Assembly: GCA_030141605.1 (NCBI GenBank)
Contig: JAQGDQ010000012.1
Location: 372,001 to 436,000 of the forward strand
Source of the DNA: Tubiluchus corallicola
Taxonomy: Eukaryota > Animalia > Priapulida
DNA length: 64,000 bases
Direction of reading: 5' to 3'
Shown here one piece after another: positions 59,961-64,000 of this stretch. Each line of letters opens with the position of its first letter. Position 1 is the stretch's first letter. Made by a program: the position numbers and the translations under genes. The notes beneath the pieces are model-generated. The model was given only the letters and a program-made list of their open reading frames with translations. It had not been told where the DNA came from and made no database searches.

Positions 59961-60627
59961 ACTGTTATACTTCCCGCACCCAGGGCTACCAACCCAGTGC
60001 AGTGAAATATCAAATGAAATTTTGGCAACTAAAGTTCCATATGATGACACAAAAAACAGCAATAAACAATGATTACAAAATTTTTAACATCATTTTTTGT
60101 GAACACTTGAATTAGAAAAGTTTACGAGTACGAAAAATAAAGAAACACCAAATTTAAATGAACATAAAAATAAGTAAAAATAAAGTCAAAAGAAAGCAGA
60201 AGCATTAAAAACTGCATAAGCGTTAAAAGAAGTTTTAAAGTGTGCTCATATACGGAAGATGTGCACTCCAACAGGTAAGAAAGTTAGTGTTGCATAGTCA
60301 TCATTTCACTTAGTGCAATTTCTCCCCATAACAACTTCACTATTTTATTCAGTAATATGCATATACACATAACTGTGATATTAATATGCGAGGCAACAAC
60401 GTAAATCGCATTCACTCTGTAAGTGGTTGTAATTCCATATGTGCCAAGCCTAATTCTTTTTTCCTTTCCCGATTTCCGAACAGGGCTCTAAATGCTCTAC
60501 GTAACAATTACAGCTAAAATATTAATCTACTTCATACTATGCTTCACCAGAAGAAAATGAGGCAAGGTACTGCAGTGTTGGGGAGTGTGTGCGCTGCATA
60601 GAAGTCTGAACACGTGCATTAAAGAAA

Positions 60628-60707
60628 GTGTGTGTGTGTGTGTGTGCGTGCGTGCGTGTGTGTGTGTGTGTGTGTGCGTGCGTGCGTGTGTGTGTGTGTG
60701 TGTGCGT
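60628..60707. repeat. Compound (GT)n/(GTGC)n microsatellite
   Basis: Read directly. Confidence 0.95.
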
Positions 60708-62254
60708 GAAGAACGAGTTTGATTCACTCGCCTATCCGATTTTATTTTGCTCTGCTTGAAATATGAAGAGAAGATCAATGCATGATGACGTACGTCACGA
60801 GAAATCTAAAGCCTAAGGGTGAAATGCACTTTATTGATGTAGATTTCCAAGCAAACAGAAAAGAGCACCAAACCATTTTTCCATGACAAAACCAAAAATT
60901 AAGAACATGAAAGTTTAAGTAATCAGAATTCTATGTCTTATACTCAAGCACAAATTGATATGGATTTCAGTTTGCCCTGATAATTAGAAAATGTCACAGA
61001 TCACAGAATAACACAAATTAAAAACACAGATTAAAGAAAGATCACAAAAGAAACGCTAACCCAATCCTTCAAAATATAAGCATATACGTTTACGAAAAAT
61101 CAAGAGTTTGCAAATGCATTTATTGATGATATTGTACAAATGAAATGTTCAAAATCATCAATAAATAGTTTACAGCACGATGACAGCCTTTAAAATGGTT
61201 TGAGAAAAGGCAATTAATATTAAATTAGCTGTGCCACAAATAATCCCTTACACCAAGTGAAGTTCTATCCCCAATTTGCACTTGCCAGTTACCCAGGTCC
61301 ATCTTAAAACAAAGTGGCTCTAACTCGCCATTAAGGCAGTAATCACAGCCGAGTGCAGCAGGGACCTCAAAGAGACAAAAGCTTTATTAACTAATCGTCA
61401 GAATCGTTTATGCTTTTATTGTTTTTGACTTGAAGCAAGAAACAAGTTCTTGGAAAGTTTTGACGTCACCGCATCATCAGTACGAATATTATACTGCTCA
61501 GAGATTACTTATATATACGCAACCATCACAATTACAAAAGATTTAAAAAGAACACGATTTTTTCTGAAATGTTGATTGTGTGAAAACACAATACGTATGC
61601 ATGTTGGACTATTCGCTGTGTTTGGATCTATCCATTCCCTGTGAGACCTTCCAATAAAAGTAAAGCAAAGAAATGTTGTTACTGCCACATGCTGCACATT
61701 CGTCACGTCCTAATTAAGTAGATTAAAATCTTTGTAAGATACGTGCTGATGCTTCTATCTGCAAGGCTGAGATTTCAAATGTCAGCTTTCAAACCTAATT
61801 AAATGTACTGAAGAATCACCTGCAGAAAAGATAAATGTAACATGCAGTAAATCATTAAAATGGTTCGATCTTATAACCACTGAATAACTTCATTCTCTTT
61901 TCCTTTGCCTCATTCAAGCACTCACATGCTCTCTCATTCATACATTCACACCTCCGTGCAACTTGGTGGGTTATATTTCCCATTGTTACAGTGGCTGGAT
62001 AAGTCACTGTAGTACCAGACTAGCAATGACTGTATAAAATTATAACTAGTGACATGGATCAAGACCGGCTATTGTTGGCACAAACTTCATTTTGTGATAG
62101 GTTCGAAGAACCACCAGAAAAGATGAACAACTGATAGCGCCAAGCAGAGTATAATTTGTGCTAGCGCCCACGACTCTGCTTTTCATGTTGAAATTAAAAA
62201 TGGATCAAAAAATTTACACTATAAGTTCTGTAAATATAAGAATACATCTAATAA

Positions 62255-62490
62255 TAGTGTGAGCCCTCACGTGAGTCAGTAATGGCAAAACTTTATTTTG
62301 ACAATTTTTAACTTGTGACCTTGACCTTTGGTCATTTAAAGCAAAAAGCAAATGGGGGCTCCAGGTCACGCCCAGACGTTTAAGCTTCACATGCCAAGTT
62401 CGATGAATATAGATTCATCCATTTTTAATTTACTGTGCAGACACACTGGTCGGGCATACAGACGCACAGGCACGATTGAATTATTTTAAT
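62255..62490 (+). mobile_element. Fragment of a HINE/Helentron-type interspersed repeat
   Basis: GTGACCTTGACCTTTG...CATGCCAAGTTCGATGAA...ACAGACGCACAGGCACG arrangement, common in invertebrate non-autonomous repeats. A related reverse fragment (CAAAGGTCAAGG) lies near 18540-18730. Confidence 0.45.
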
Positions 62491-64000
62491 GCCAAAAATT
62501 TTCTAACGTCATGAATAGCTTTTAATAGTGCTAAGAAAGATGAGTACAATGCTAAAGTAGTTATTATTAAGTGTGTGCCATTTCAAAAGTCAGTACTTAT
62601 ACAAAAACCTACTGGGCCGTGGAAGAACCGACAGCATAAATTTTTTTTAAACCATATCCTATATGTATTATGAATTTCATAGATTCACAGAATTTATGTA
62701 AAAATTCCAAGCCAGCGTAGGACCGTATTGCTCTCTTAGGCAAGATGAGATACAGTCCAGGTATTTAAAAACTCCCATAATCTCAATTTCAATGTTTCAC
62801 TTTGGCTGTTGATAAAAGTAGAAAGTCCACTGTGAGTGAGTATGAACTTAGTACAAATTTGTAGTAACAGCTACGTTAAATGAGGTCTATTTATAACACT
62901 GTAAACAATGAGAAATCTTAAAAGAAACTTAAAACAGCATGAACTTTTTTATTATGCAGTGTAAAACACTTAATTAAACACTTGGTGGAAGAAAGCACAT
63001 GTTAAACATTTCTGCCAAGCTCAACACCCATTATTTACTGATGTCCACAAACTAAATGTCAACATCCTCAGCGAGGAATGCCCAAGATCCGCATTTGTGC
63101 AATGTGCATGTAGTTTTAGGAATATAATATGAAAGCCTGAAATAATCTCAATTTAGTAAACTAATTGTTCTCTCCCGCAAAGTTAAACTGTTTAGTTAAT
63201 GATTAATAACGATGACTGCCACGTCCAAGTGTAAACTTCTTCGTCTCATTACCACTAATTAATGATGTAATTAAAGGCAGAAAATGACAATCAGATCCGC
63301 TCCAATTTTATTCGCATAAAATTTTCAAAATGACATTACTTGGAAATTTGTCAGTGAGTAACATTAACTTGGTCACATTACTTTAAAAAGTCAAGTACAT
63401 TAAATGTACGGTAGTTTATTGTATAAATGAACAAGCAATGCTGTATTAAAACGTTCATAGACAAAACAGTGCCTTTCCATAAAAAGTATATACCCATAAA
63501 TGCAGTTATAAATCAAAATAAATAAATGTAGGATACAAAACATACAAATATTTTGGATATTGCTATAAAAATTTCACTTGTATTGAGCATCTTATATTAA
63601 TTACAAACAGGATATAAATACATCGGAATAATATTTATTCAAGGTTAAACATTCGTTGGCAAAGTATTTATGCTTACCTTTATACATACACCCCTTAACT
63701 TGTCTTACTATTAACACTGTAACAGAGTAATTATTTCAAAATTGTATAAATTTCCAAAACGTGTATTTAGGGTGATAATGTTTTTATGTTTGACCTTTTT
63801 AGACAGCTGACACTACTGTGCTGTTTAAACAACTGGAACTTCTAAATACTTATTATACATATTAACAATGTTTATATAAGCCTATTTTTATGTAAACTCC
63901 ACAACAATTTGCTTCCATCAATCTCATCATTCTCAAACTATTTAGTGCAAAAACCTTAATATACACACATAGACTAAGATATAATACCCAAGTGAAATGC

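Noticed and set aside
61242-61295. Minus-strand MDLGNWQVQIGDRTSLG followed by GTAAGG as the PP1 first exon
   Set aside because: Phase 0 fits, but there is no similarity to the PP1 N-terminal helix; it cannot be told from chance without RNA data.

Overview
AT-rich, intron-rich metazoan (invertebrate-type) genomic DNA; there are no prokaryotic operons or CRISPR arrays. Four spliced genes were rebuilt by hand from GT-AG boundaries with consistent phases. (1) A + strand 618-aa two-TM membrane protein with three PPxY motifs (11513-21501). (2) A - strand 13-exon USP31/USP43-family deubiquitinase (45470-24688), convergent with gene 1. (3) An unrecognised 331-aa secreted Tyr/Arg/Ser-rich protein gene nested antisense in the largest USP intron (32276-35417). 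(4) A divergent PP1 catalytic-subunit paralog on the - strand (57386-49500; first coding exon not found). Mobile DNA includes a 5'-truncated RTE-X-like LINE sitting inside a (TC)n microsatellite, a candidate solo LTR inside a (TA)n microsatellite, CR1/L2-group LINE relics, a foldback-like element, a small MITE-like hairpin and Helentron/HINE-like repeats with a higher-order tandem array. All family calls come from motif recognition, not database searches.
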